Part shown: piece after piece, positions 9,674-18,530 of the stretch
How positions within the stretch are numbered: the first letter of the stretch is position 1
Layout: each line of letters starts with the position of its first letter
Source of the DNA: Pyrodictium abyssi
GTDB taxonomy: Archaea > Thermoproteota > Thermoprotei_A > Sulfolobales > Pyrodictiaceae
DNA: 32,000 bases
Direction of reading: 5' to 3'
NCBI RefSeq assembly: GCF_036323395.1
Contig: NZ_AP028907.1
Coordinates: 420,001-452,000, forward strand
Translations under genes and position numbers: made by a program
The notes under the pieces: model-generated
Told to the model about the DNA's origin: nothing
Databases searched by the model: none
Seen by the model: the letters and a program-made list of their open reading frames with translations, nothing else

Positions 9674-10153
9674 TTACTGTCTTGTGTCTAGAAGCCTGAG
9701 TCTCTGTAGTGTTTGGCGTAGGGTTTCTCCTGGCAGGGGCTGGGCTATCCTGACGCCTTTGGCGTTTAGGGCCTCTAAGGCGTGGCGGCCTAGCTTGCCA
9801 GCGACGACGATGTCTACGTTGTTGTCTATTACCCAGCGGGCTATCGCGACCCCGACGCCGCCCCGCATCTCGGCGAGAGGGTTGGGTACTGTTTCGAGGC
9901 CTGTGATGCGGCCGCCGGCTATGTCTACTAGTGCGAGGTAGGGTGCGTGTGTGAGGCCCCATGATACTCTGCTGTCGAGGCCTAGGGGCTCCTCTAGGCC
10001 TGCGCATACGCGTACCGTGTTGCCTAGCTTGGGCTTTCTTGGTAGTGTCTTGGCGGCCTCTATTGCCCTGAGTATTACCTCTGGGTTGCGACCGTGGCCT
10101 TTGCCGTGGCCGTGTATATGGTGCGCGTGATGGGGCTCTGTCATCCTGTGCAC
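9674..10153 (-). CDS. Dinitrogenase iron-molybdenum cofactor (NifX/NifB-like) family protein with His-rich N-terminus
   Basis: GNTVRVCAGLEEPLGLDSRVSWGLTHAPYLALVDIAGG...VDIVVAGKLGRHALEALNAKGVRI; N-terminal HHAHHIHGHGKGHG. Confidence 0.75.
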   Translation of the reverse strand: MHRMTEPHHAHHIHGHGKGHGRNPEVILRAIEAAKTLPRKPKLGNTVRVCAGLEEPLGLDSRVSWGLTHAPYLALVDIAGGRITGLETVPNPLAEMRGGVGVAIARWVIDNNVDIVVAGKLGRHALEALNAKGVRIAQPLPGETLRQTLQRLRLLDTRQ

Positions 10154-10439
10154 CCGTATGCTGGTGGCGTGTAGCCGGGTGTTGGAGGCTCGGTAAAATA
10201 GCTCCTAGCCGTCTGCGCTGCTGCGGCGCTGGCCTGGCTTGGCTTTATGCGTGCTGCATCTGTTTCGTGTCTACTGTGCTGCGGCGTCTACATTGTCTCC
10301 TTGCGGTGTACCCCTAGTACTGGTCTGGTACTGGTGTCGCGGCCCCTGGTGTTGGCTGCTGTTTTTCGTTAGATGTATGTCTAACCATGAGTCTTTAATC
10401 CTCATAACATGGCATTATCTTATCTGGGTGAACAGCTTT

Positions 10440-12332
10440 ATGAAAGTATGGGAGGTAGCTAGGAAGCCGCGTGTCGTGGTTACACCGGACGCGCCGGCGA
10501 CTGTTGTCCGCGCGCTGCTGCGGGATAACGAGGAGCCCATAGCGGTGGTGGTGGACAGCGAGAAGAACATGAAGCTGCAGGGCTACGTCACCTGGAGGGA
10601 GGTCATACAGATAACTAGCCACTACTCAAACCTGCGCGCTAAGGACATTGCCCTGGACTGGCCAGTAGCATACAAGGAGGATGACGTAGAGGAAGTAGTC
10701 AAGAGGATGGAGGAGGAGAAGGTCTACGCAGTGCCGGTCCTCGACTCCAAGGACAACCCAGTAGTCGTAGGTGTAGTCAGCATCGCGGACATAGTTAAGG
10801 CGCTGATGGCCGCCGGCTACGAGCCCATCGCGGAGACCGTAGCGGAGGTCATGACCACTGAGGGTCTCGAGGAGTACATAACCACACAGGAGGAGAGAGT
10901 CAACAGGGTATGGAGCGACCTAGTATACCACGGCAAGCTTGGCAAAGTGGTGGTGAGGAGCAAGGAGGAACCGATACCCGTCGGCATAGTGTCCCTACGC
11001 GAGTTCGTGGAGACGGGTCGCTGGTTCTTCCACCGTGAGAGCGAGCGCGGGCTCAAGACGGTGGCAAAGGTACGCACCATAATGCTCCGCGGTGCGCCAG
11101 CCGCTACACCGGAGACGCCGATACAGTACGCTGCCAAGATCATGGCTGAGAATGACTTCCCAGTACTCCCTGTCATAGACGAGGAGACCGGCAAGCTCGT
11201 CGGCGTGCTAACGATATACGATGTAGCGAGAGCCTACCTAGAGGGCGCTAAGCCGGGCCGCGTCAAGCCAACCAAGAAGGCAGCACTGCCGATAGAGGTG
11301 AAGCCGGAGGAGCGCGTCACCTACGCTACAGCCGAGACTGTGCTCCAGCAAGTGCTGGTAGCCAAGCCCCAGGTAGAGACACTCATAGGGCTTAGCGCCG
11401 CCGACATCGCCCGGCCCGAGCTCCCGGCAGTCACAGTGAACGACACCGTTGAGCACGCCCGCCGCATGATGCTACGCTACCACACCAACTACCTCCTAGT
11501 GGTGGACGAGAAGGGAGAGATAGTAGGCGTGGTCAGCAAGTGGAGCATGCTCCGCGCTATAGGCCTCAAGGGCCCGATCTGGAAGAGGAGGGTGCACGAC
11601 CGCTACTTCATAGACTACGTGATGGACACAGAGATACCCAGAGTCAAGGCCGACGACAGTATCGAGCAGGTAGCGCTCCGCATGGTGGAGGCCAAGGCCG
11701 AGGTAGCGATAGTAGTGGACGACAAAGGCCGCCCAATCGGCTTCATAACGAAGGACGACCTAGTGGATGCCTATGCTAGGCTACAGGCAGGCCGCGCCAA
11801 GGTAGAGAACGTTATGACGCCCGGCAGGATAGGCATTGTGCACCCGCACCACAGCCTCTACCACGCTGTGAAGAAGATGCAGACATTCTACCTAGACGCT
11901 CTCACGGTCTACGACGGCTCAAGGATAATAGGCGTGGTCTCTGCGAACAGGCTACCCTTCGTAGCCTACGAGGACGCCGTTACTGGTGTCAAGAGCCGCC
12001 GCCTGGTATGGGTCCGTAAGCTCGTACGCGGTGCAGCTAAGAAGGGACGCTACGTGAAGGTGACGCCACTGCTAGTGATGGACGCTACTGTGCCGCTACG
12101 CGACGTATACGTGAAGACCACCGACGACGTGGTAAAGGCTATAGAGCTGATGCGCGAGCACAACGTGGACGGCGTGCCAGTCGTCGACGAGGAGGGCCGT
12201 GTAGCCGGCGTAGTCACGAAGACCGACATAGTGAGAGAGCTAGCGAGAACAGCAAGGCTGCGCATAGAGCGCGGCGAGACCGTAAAGGTGGAGAAGAAGG
12301 AGAAGCCCGAAGCAAAACCCAAGGCCCAGTAA
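10440..12332 (+). CDS. Multi-CBS-domain protein (about 8 CBS repeats; start refined to ATG 10440)
   Basis: Eight repeats of the pattern hxVxxDDxVxxAhxxMxxxxhxxhPVVDxxGxhxGVVoxxDhh, e.g. MTPGRIGIVHPHHSLYHAVKKM and VYVKTTDDVVKAIELMREHNVDGVPVVDEEGRVAGVVTKTDIV. Confidence 0.88.
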   Translation: MKVWEVARKPRVVVTPDAPATVVRALLRDNEEPIAVVVDSEKNMKLQGYVTWREVIQITSHYSNLRAKDIALDWPVAYKEDDVEEVVKRMEEEKVYAVPVLDSKDNPVVVGVVSIADIVKALMAAGYEPIAETVAEVMTTEGLEEYITTQEERVNRVWSDLVYHGKLGKVVVRSKEEPIPVGIVSLREFVETGRWFFHRESERGLKTVAKVRTIMLRGAPAATPETPIQYAAKIMAENDFPVLPVIDEETGKLVGVLTIYDVARAYLEGAKPGRVKPTKKAALPIEVKPEERVTYATAETVLQQVLVAKPQVETLIGLSAADIARPELPAVTVNDTVEHARRMMLRYHTNYLLVVDEKGEIVGVVSKWSMLRAIGLKGPIWKRRVHDRYFIDYVMDTEIPRVKADDSIEQVALRMVEAKAEVAIVVDDKGRPIGFITKDDLVDAYARLQAGRAKVENVMTPGRIGIVHPHHSLYHAVKKMQTFYLDALTVYDGSRIIGVVSANRLPFVAYEDAVTGVKSRRLVWVRKLVRGAAKKGRYVKVTPLLVMDATVPLRDVYVKTTDDVVKAIELMREHNVDGVPVVDEEGRVAGVVTKTDIVRELARTARLRIERGETVKVEKKEKPEAKPKAQ

Positions 12333-12570
12333 AACGCCCGCTCTACCCCGGTTTCTTCACTCCCTCCCTCGTAGACACTGGCTCCTAGGAGAGGCTCCTC
12401 GGCCCTCGGCGCTCCTGCCTCGCCTCTGTGCTGGTCGGGGGTGAGCGGAACCACCGACACTGAAGCCCCCGTGGGCCCACGGGGGCGTGTTGACGCCCAG
12501 CGATGGCGACCCCCTGCCGTCATCCCCGCGGGGATTGGGGCGCAGAAGGGCCTAGGAGGTGGCAACGGCT

Positions 12571-13320
12571 ATGACTGCACGGTACGCTGTACTGCTGGCT
12601 GCAGGCCTCGGGACGAGGCTGGGCGGCCCTAAGCCGCTAGTCCGGCTACATGGCCGGCCCCTCGCATGGTACCCTCTGAGCGTGCTACACCTGGTGGGCG
12701 CTTCTGAGGCATGCATAGTGACGCGCAGCGAGCTCGCCAGCGAGCTCCGCGGGTTGGCTGAGAGCATCTACGGCTCTGGTTCAGTGCACGTCGTTGTCAA
12801 CAGCGAGCCCTGGAGGGAGAACGGCTACAGCCTCGTGCTTGCGTCCCGGCTCTGCCCATGCCCCGGGGACGAGCCCGTATACGTGTCCATGAGCGACCAC
12901 GTGTACTCGCCGCTAGTCCCGGCCAGGCTGGAGGCCCCGCGGTGGGCTCTCTACAGTATTGCTGGCGACCGTGAGCCCGTCTATGTTGACGCGGACGAGG
13001 CCACAAAGATACTCGCGGTGGGTGGTATAGGCTACGCTGTGGGTAAGGGGCTCAGGCTCTGGAGCCACGTAGACATGGGGGTCCACGCGGCGCGGCTCGG
13101 CGCTATACGGGAGACAGCCGAGCTGGTCATGGCGGGGAGCCAGGGCGTGCTGGGGCTCAATATGCTGACTGACACGATTGCCCGCCTGGGCGGGCTACAC
13201 GTCTCCGAGGCCTCGGGGCTCCCCTGGACCGAGATAGACACGCCCATGGACCTCGAGGAGGCGGAGAAGGGTCCGAGGAGGAGGGTGGTAGAGCATGTCC
13301 TCTCGTGGTTCCGCAGCTAG
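12571..13320 (+). CDS. Nucleotidyltransferase, probable inositol-1-phosphate cytidylyltransferase (start approximate)
   Basis: ARYAVLLAAGLGTRLGGPKPLVRLHGRPLAWYPL nucleotidyltransferase signature; directly overlaps a CDP-alcohol phosphotransferase gene, the arrangement expected for DIP synthesis. Confidence 0.78.
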   Translation: MTARYAVLLAAGLGTRLGGPKPLVRLHGRPLAWYPLSVLHLVGASEACIVTRSELASELRGLAESIYGSGSVHVVVNSEPWRENGYSLVLASRLCPCPGDEPVYVSMSDHVYSPLVPARLEAPRWALYSIAGDREPVYVDADEATKILAVGGIGYAVGKGLRLWSHVDMGVHAARLGAIRETAELVMAGSQGVLGLNMLTDTIARLGGLHVSEASGLPWTEIDTPMDLEEAEKGPRRRVVEHVLSWFRS

Positions 13321-13969
13321 GCTAACCAAGAGCACGGACGGGGTAATATCGAGGCTCATTAACCGCAGGATATCGACGAGGATAACCCGTGTGCTCGCCG
13401 GGCTGCCGAGGCCCCCAAGCCCCGACGCAGTAACCGTCGTAGCCTCCGCCCTGGTGGCTGGCGGTGGCCTAGCATTCGCCACGGGGCACCCCGCGGCCGG
13501 GGGCCTGCTAGCGCAGCTAGGCTCGATAATAGACGGTGTCGACGGTGAGCTTGCGCGAGCGCTCGGCCGGCAGAGCCGGGCCGGCGCGCTCCTAGACACA
13601 GTGCTCGACCGGCTAGCGGACATAGCGCTGCTCTTCGGCATGTCGCTGGCAGCCATGGCTGCTGGGCACCGCCCCTTGCTCGCGGCGGCAGTAGCGCTGC
13701 TAGCCGCCACTGGGGACCTCATGGTATCCTACATACACGCTGTGGGCGAGAAGCTGGCCCAGCGCCACCCCGTGCTGGTGGGCCGCATACCCGGCGTAGC
13801 GAGCCGCGACGTGAGGCTCTTCATAGCGTTCCTAGCGGGCCTCACGGGCCGCCCCCTCGAGGGCCTAGCGGCGATAGCCCTGCTCGGCCACGGCTACACA
13901 GTAGCCAAGACCGTGGAGCTCCTGGGCTACATCGAGGAGCAGGAGAGCCGGCAGAGCAAAGCCCACTAG
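13295..13969 (+). CDS. CDP-alcohol phosphotransferase, probable di-myo-inositol-phosphate-phosphate synthase
   Basis: IIDGVDGELARALGRQSRAGALLDTVLDRLAD matches DGxxAR(x8)GxxxDxxxD; multiple membrane helices. Confidence 0.8.
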   Translation: MSSRGSAARLTKSTDGVISRLINRRISTRITRVLAGLPRPPSPDAVTVVASALVAGGGLAFATGHPAAGGLLAQLGSIIDGVDGELARALGRQSRAGALLDTVLDRLADIALLFGMSLAAMAAGHRPLLAAAVALLAATGDLMVSYIHAVGEKLAQRHPVLVGRIPGVASRDVRLFIAFLAGLTGRPLEGLAAIALLGHGYTVAKTVELLGYIEEQESRQSKAH

Positions 13970-14062
13970 AGAACGGGGTCCCGCTGGCAGGGCCCCTTCT
14001 AGGGGCTCCAGTCTTTTCCCCCCTCGCTGCTGTGGCCCCGGCTCCACGGGTGCACCCGGGCC

Positions 14063-14650
14063 GTGGCCGAGCCTGTGACTGTGCTAGCCATCTCCACGGC
14101 TGTAGGCGCCCTAGTAGGGTACGTGACCAACGTGGTGGCTGTCCGCCTCCTCTTCCACCCATACCGCCCGGTAAGGATACCGCTACTCGGCTGGGAGGTA
14201 CAGGGCCTCCTCCCCTCCAAGAGGGACGAGCTGGCCAGGAGGCTCGGAGAGCTAGCAGAAGAGTACATCAAGACACCGAGGATGCAGCAGGAGCTACAGA
14301 ACAGCATGGAGAAGGTGATACGGGAGGCGCTCGAGCAGAGCCTTCACCGGCTCCTAGCCCGCAACCCGCTAGTCTACGCCGCCGTGCTGCAGTACATACC
14401 CCGTATAGCCGACGCCGTAGCGACACAGGTAGCAGCGCCCCTACTCGAGGCTATACTCCCCGCGGCTACCCGCAGGATAGACGTGGCCAGCATAGTCGCT
14501 GAGAGGATACGCGGGCTCGAGCCCCAGGAGATAGAGGCGCTGTTCCGCAGGATAGCGGGCAAGGAGCTACGCTTCATAGAGCTGGCCGGCCTCGGCCTTG
14601 GCGCGGTGATAGGGTTCCTAGAGGGCTTACTGCTCCTAGCCCTCTCGTAG
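14063..14650 (+). CDS. DUF445-family membrane protein
   Basis: AVGALVGYVTNVVAVRLLFHPYRPVRIPLLGWEVQGLLPSKRDELARRLGE; C-terminal membrane helix. Confidence 0.8.
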   Translation: MAEPVTVLAISTAVGALVGYVTNVVAVRLLFHPYRPVRIPLLGWEVQGLLPSKRDELARRLGELAEEYIKTPRMQQELQNSMEKVIREALEQSLHRLLARNPLVYAAVLQYIPRIADAVATQVAAPLLEAILPAATRRIDVASIVAERIRGLEPQEIEALFRRIAGKELRFIELAGLGLGAVIGFLEGLLLLALS

Positions 14651-14694
14651 CCGCCAGGGCCTCGGCGCGGCTTTATCTATCCCCGCGCGCCCCC

Positions 14695-15837
14695 GTGCCC
14701 ACGGGTGTGGGCGCTCCCTTGCCCATCAGCCACAGCGAGGTGCGCGAGATCCTCCAGCGCTACGACCCGGCCCGTATAACCATAGGCGTCCTGGCGAGCC
14801 ACTCGGCGCTAGACGTGCTCCGTGGCGCGAAGAAGCTGGGGTTCCGCACGCTGGCGGTAGCGCGGCGGGGCCGCGACCTAGCCTACCGCATGTTCCCCGT
14901 AGTCGACGAGCTCATGGTGCTCGACGATTACCGCGACCTCCTCCGGGACGAGGTCCAGGAGGAGCTCCGGCGCCGCAACGTGGTCTTCGTGCCTAACAGG
15001 AGCTTCGCCGTCTACGTGGGCTACGACGGCATAGAGAACGAGTTCCTAGTACCGGTGTTCGGCAACAGGTTTCTGCTGCGCTGGGAGGAGCGTGTCGGCG
15101 AGAAGAACTACTACCGGCTCCTAGACGAGGCCGGGATTCCCCGGCCGAGGGTATACGAGAGGCTCGAGGACGCAGAGGGCCCGGTCATGGTCAAGCTTCC
15201 GGAGGCGCGGCGCCGTGTAGAGCGCGCATTCTTCATAGCCCGTGACGGCCGCGCTGCCGCGGAGAAGATAAGGGAGCTCATGGAGAAGGGTATAATTGAC
15301 GAGGAGAGTCTAAAAGCCATGAGCGTTGAGGAGTATGTTGACGGCGCCCACTTCAACCTAAACTTCTTCCAGAGCCCGATCTACGGTAGACTCGAGCTGC
15401 ACAGCATCGACCGGAGGCTACAGACCAATATAGACGACCTCAACAGGCTCCCCGCGTGGGTGCAAGCGGGCCTTGAGGGCGCAGTAGAGCCGCGCATGAT
15501 AGAGATAGGCCACATACCCGTCACGATAAGGGAGAGCATGCTCCACAAGGTGTTCGAGCTCGGCCTACGCTTCGTAGAAGCAGCCGCCAAGCTGGAGCCC
15601 CCCGGCGTAATAGGCCCCTTCACCCTGCAGGCTGTGGCTACACCGGGGCTAGGCCTCGTGGTCTACGATATAGCGCCCCGGATAGGCGGCGGCACCAACG
15701 CCGTAATGGCGTGGGGCGGGCAGTACAGTGGCCTCTACTTCCCGGAGCCGCTCAGCCTAGGCGAGAGGATAGCCCGCGAGCTGCACGAGGCCCTAAGGAG
15801 GGATGGGCTCGAAGGGCTCGCCGGGCTTGTTACCTAG
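14695..15837 (+). CDS. PurP-like ATP-grasp ligase (formate-dependent AICAR ligase family)
   Basis: TIGVLASHSALDVLRGAKKLGFRTLAVARRGR; FVPNRSFAVYVGYDGIENEFLVPVFGNRFLLRWEER; VEEYVDGAHFNLNFFQSPIYGRLELHSIDRRLQ; IAPRIGGGTNA. Confidence 0.85.
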   Translation: MPTGVGAPLPISHSEVREILQRYDPARITIGVLASHSALDVLRGAKKLGFRTLAVARRGRDLAYRMFPVVDELMVLDDYRDLLRDEVQEELRRRNVVFVPNRSFAVYVGYDGIENEFLVPVFGNRFLLRWEERVGEKNYYRLLDEAGIPRPRVYERLEDAEGPVMVKLPEARRRVERAFFIARDGRAAAEKIRELMEKGIIDEESLKAMSVEEYVDGAHFNLNFFQSPIYGRLELHSIDRRLQTNIDDLNRLPAWVQAGLEGAVEPRMIEIGHIPVTIRESMLHKVFELGLRFVEAAAKLEPPGVIGPFTLQAVATPGLGLVVYDIAPRIGGGTNAVMAWGGQYSGLYFPEPLSLGERIARELHEALRRDGLEGLAGLVT

Positions 15838-16613
15838 GCCTGGCTTCCCCGCGTCTCCAGTATGACGCGGGCGTCGACGGCAAGTGCCCCCTGGGGGTAG
15901 CTGAGCACAGGGTTTAGGTCCAGCTCTTTTACCTCAGGGTTCTCCTCCATGAGCCTCTGCACGGCCATTATTATGTCCACTAGCGCCTCTATATCGCGGG
16001 GCGGCTGCCCACGGACACCGCGGAGCACGCGGTAAGCGCGCACCTCCCGTATCATCTCCTCGGCGTCGCGCCGCGCGAAGGGTGAGACGCGGAAGCTAAC
16101 GTCCCGGAACACCTCGATGAATATGCCGCCTAGGCCGAACATCACAGCAGGCCCGAACACGGGGTCCCTTACACCGCCCACGACCACTTCTAGGCCGCCA
16201 CGGGGAGCCATCCCCTGGACGAGGACACCGACGATACGGGCCTCGGGGACGTGCCTCTTCACGTTCTCGAGCATCTCAGTGCAGGCCTTCTCTACCTCCT
16301 CCGGGGTATCGAGGCCAACTACCACGCCGCCGACGTCGCTCTTGTGGACTATATCGGGGCTAACAACCTTGAGGACGACGGGGAAGCCTATCTCGTGGGC
16401 AGCCTCAGCAGCCTCGCGGGGGCCTCTGGCGAGCTGGTAGCCCGGAACCGGGACACCGTAGCCCTCGACGAGGGCTAGCGCCTCGTGCTCAAGGAGCTTA
16501 GCACGGTTCTCGGCGAGAGCCTTCTCTATTATACCGCGTGGGCTAGTCTTCAAGGCGGGGCTGCTCCTCCAGAACTTAGTGGTAGTATGCTCCAGGGATA
16601 TAGGGGCTATCAC
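15834..16613 (-). CDS. Acetate/acyl-CoA ligase (ADP-forming), beta subunit, ATP-grasp
   Basis: LLEHEALALVEGYGVPVPGYQLARGPREAAEAAHEIGFPVVLKVVSPDIVHKSDVGGVVVGL; VQGMAPRGGLEVVVGGVRDPVFGPAVMFGLGGIFIEVFRDVSFRVSP; ELDLNPV. Confidence 0.92.
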   Translation of the reverse strand: MIAPISLEHTTTKFWRSSPALKTSPRGIIEKALAENRAKLLEHEALALVEGYGVPVPGYQLARGPREAAEAAHEIGFPVVLKVVSPDIVHKSDVGGVVVGLDTPEEVEKACTEMLENVKRHVPEARIVGVLVQGMAPRGGLEVVVGGVRDPVFGPAVMFGLGGIFIEVFRDVSFRVSPFARRDAEEMIREVRAYRVLRGVRGQPPRDIEALVDIIMAVQRLMEENPEVKELDLNPVLSYPQGALAVDARVILETRGSQA

Positions 16614-16631
16614 GGCCCCTAGGTGCGTGTC

Positions 16632-17636
16632 CTAGGTTCTCATTCTGCGGAGCACGTAGCGGATGAGGGGGTCTGCTAGCCGGTACTCCCTCCCGGCCTT
16701 CTCCACGAAGCTGTAGTCCCTCAGCTCCCGGAGGTACCTGGTGAACTGGGCCTTGTTGAGGCTCCGGGCTATCCTAGTCTCTAGGCAGGTCTTCAGCTCG
16801 CTCCAGGTAAGAGGCCCTGCGGCTAGACACTCTAGCAGCGCCAGGTAGCGTGTCCGGGCCTGGAGGCGGTTAGCCAGGAACCTCTCCAGCTCAGCCTGGA
16901 CCAGGCTCGCCCCCTCCTCCAGCACGCGCTCTAGCGCCTCCCTGTGGCTTCCCGTGGCGTAGGCGTAGTAGCCGTAGGCTGTTAGCCAGCCGGGTATGCC
17001 GTCGAGCCTGTCGACAGCCTCCTCCATGTAGGCCCGGGGCCACTCTAGCCCTAGCTCAGTGAACCCCTGCTCGAGGAACCCCAGGGACTCCTCGCGGCTG
17101 AGCCGGGGCATCTCGATCTCGAGGTAGGGCCTACCGTAGAGGGGTGCACGCGGGTTCCCCCTGCCCAGTAGCCGGTCTAGCAGGCCCACCTCGGAGCCCG
17201 CTAGCACGAGCTTCACGCGCTGATGATAGTCGTATATGTGGGCTAGTAGCCTCGCAAACCCCGGCACAACGGCCATGTCCTGGGCCTCGTCGAAGACGAG
17301 GACCATGTGCTCCCCAGTAGCCTCCGCCGCCTTGTCCAGGGCCTCTACGACCCGTAGCACCAGGTCGGGGGAGCGCCGCGTGACCCGGACCTCGAACCCG
17401 GCCACCGAGAGGCCCTCGACCCTCGCGAGCAGCTCACGGAGATGACGGCCTAGCCCACCGCTCCGCCGGAGCAGCTCCTCCAGGCCCCGGGCCACGACCT
17501 CGTAGACGGTGTCGCTCGTAAGCAGCGGCACGGTGCGCGCGTCGAACACAGCGTAGAGCTTCACCCCGTGTAGCCGTAGCCCGACCCTCACTAGGGACGA
17601 CTTGCCTATCCGCCTAACACCCTTGACCACTATCAT
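16632..17636 (-). CDS. Archaeal AAA+ ATPase (Arch_ATPase/MNG10-like) with C-terminal winged-helix; true N-terminus probably extends to about 17738
   Basis: MIVVKGVRRIGKSSLVRV (Walker A), HMVLVFDEAQDM (Walker B), AGSEVGLL. Upstream in-frame LFRLGVKEDPSEFYDYREQLALLGRGLRDSITR resembles the conserved N-terminus of this family. Confidence 0.85.
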   Translation of the reverse strand: MIVVKGVRRIGKSSLVRVGLRLHGVKLYAVFDARTVPLLTSDTVYEVVARGLEELLRRSGGLGRHLRELLARVEGLSVAGFEVRVTRRSPDLVLRVVEALDKAAEATGEHMVLVFDEAQDMAVVPGFARLLAHIYDYHQRVKLVLAGSEVGLLDRLLGRGNPRAPLYGRPYLEIEMPRLSREESLGFLEQGFTELGLEWPRAYMEEAVDRLDGIPGWLTAYGYYAYATGSHREALERVLEEGASLVQAELERFLANRLQARTRYLALLECLAAGPLTWSELKTCLETRIARSLNKAQFTRYLRELRDYSFVEKAGREYRLADPLIRYVLRRMRT

Positions 17637-17736
17637 ACGCGTGATGCTGTCCCGTAGCCCCCGCCCGAGCAGCGCCAGCTGCTCCCGGTAGTCGTAGAAC
17701 TCGCTAGGGTCCTCCTTTACGCCGAGCCGGAAAAGC

Positions 17737-17776
17737 AGGTTACACCCCCCGTAACCAGGTTACACCCCCTGTAACC
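17737..17776. promoter_or_regulatory. Tandem pair of 20-bp palindromic operator-like units
   Basis: AGGTTACACCCCCCGTAACC (17737-17756) followed directly by AGGTTACACCCCCTGTAACC (17757-17776); the units differ at one base. GGTTAC/GTAACC arms (7-bp arms GGTTACA/TGTAACC in the second). Confidence 0.75.
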
Positions 17777-17855
17777 GCCTTTATTGGCTCCGCCCCGCGG
17801 GCAGAGCTTTATGAGGGCCCAGAACGCCCGGGGCATAGCCATAGGCGCATAGGCG

Positions 17856-18530
17856 GTGATCCTAGCAGAGACCCCGGTAGTAGAGGCGGAGCCCAGGCGG
17901 CTAGCATGGCCCTGGATAGAGGCCGTAACCAGCACGGGCAGCCGGGCTAGGGTGTACGCGGCTGCAGCGCCACGCCAGCTCCTATCCTGTGCACGCCAGC
18001 TACTCCTATCCCAGGCCGGGCTCACGGGCCTCCGCCTAGCCGCGGTCGTGGATAGAAGCGGGGCAGTAGTGCCCCTAGACCACCGGCTCCTAGAGGCAGC
18101 CTTCCCCCGCGTAGCCGCCCGGCTCTACGGCGACCCAGACCCCCTCGTAGAGCGCGAGAGATGGGTCAACGGGACACGGGTAGACTACCTAGTATCGACC
18201 AGCAGAGGCCTAGTCCTGGTGGAGCACAAGACCCTAGCCCACACCGGCCCAGGAGAGCCAGCGTACCCGAGGACGCCGAGCCAGCGGCTCCAACGCCAGC
18301 TAGAAGTACTGTGGAGAGCGGCAGAAGCCCTAGAGGCACGCGCAGAGCTAGTAGTAGCAGTAGCGAGCCCCTCGGCCAAGAGGCTCCTGCTAACAGGGGA
18401 CCCCGTGGCCCGCCGGCTGCTAAGAGCGCACCCGGAGAGGCTCGGGGCGAGAGCCTACCGGGTAGAAGCGCTGCTCGAAAACCGGAGGCTAGTACTGCTA
18501 TACCGAGGGGAAATCGCTGTACAGCTATAG
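17856..18530 (+). CDS. Divergent SfsA-like / PD-(D/E)XK-superfamily nuclease-like protein
   Basis: GAVVPLDHRLLEAAF...VNGTRVDYLVSTSRGLVLVEHKTLAHTGPGEPAYPRTPSQRLQRQLEVLWRAAEALEARAELVVAVASP follows SfsA motif order (PLDSRL, DFLL..VEVK, FPDAPT.R...H..EL). Confidence 0.5.
   Translation: MILAETPVVEAEPRRLAWPWIEAVTSTGSRARVYAAAAPRQLLSCARQLLLSQAGLTGLRLAAVVDRSGAVVPLDHRLLEAAFPRVAARLYGDPDPLVERERWVNGTRVDYLVSTSRGLVLVEHKTLAHTGPGEPAYPRTPSQRLQRQLEVLWRAAEALEARAELVVAVASPSAKRLLLTGDPVARRLLRAHPERLGARAYRVEALLENRRLVLLYRGEIAVQL

Noticed and set aside
10239-10439. N-terminal extension of the CBS ORF (MALCVLHLFRVYCAAAST...)
   Set aside because: Composition unlike the rest of the protein and no CBS similarity; ATG at 10440 directly precedes the first CBS repeat.
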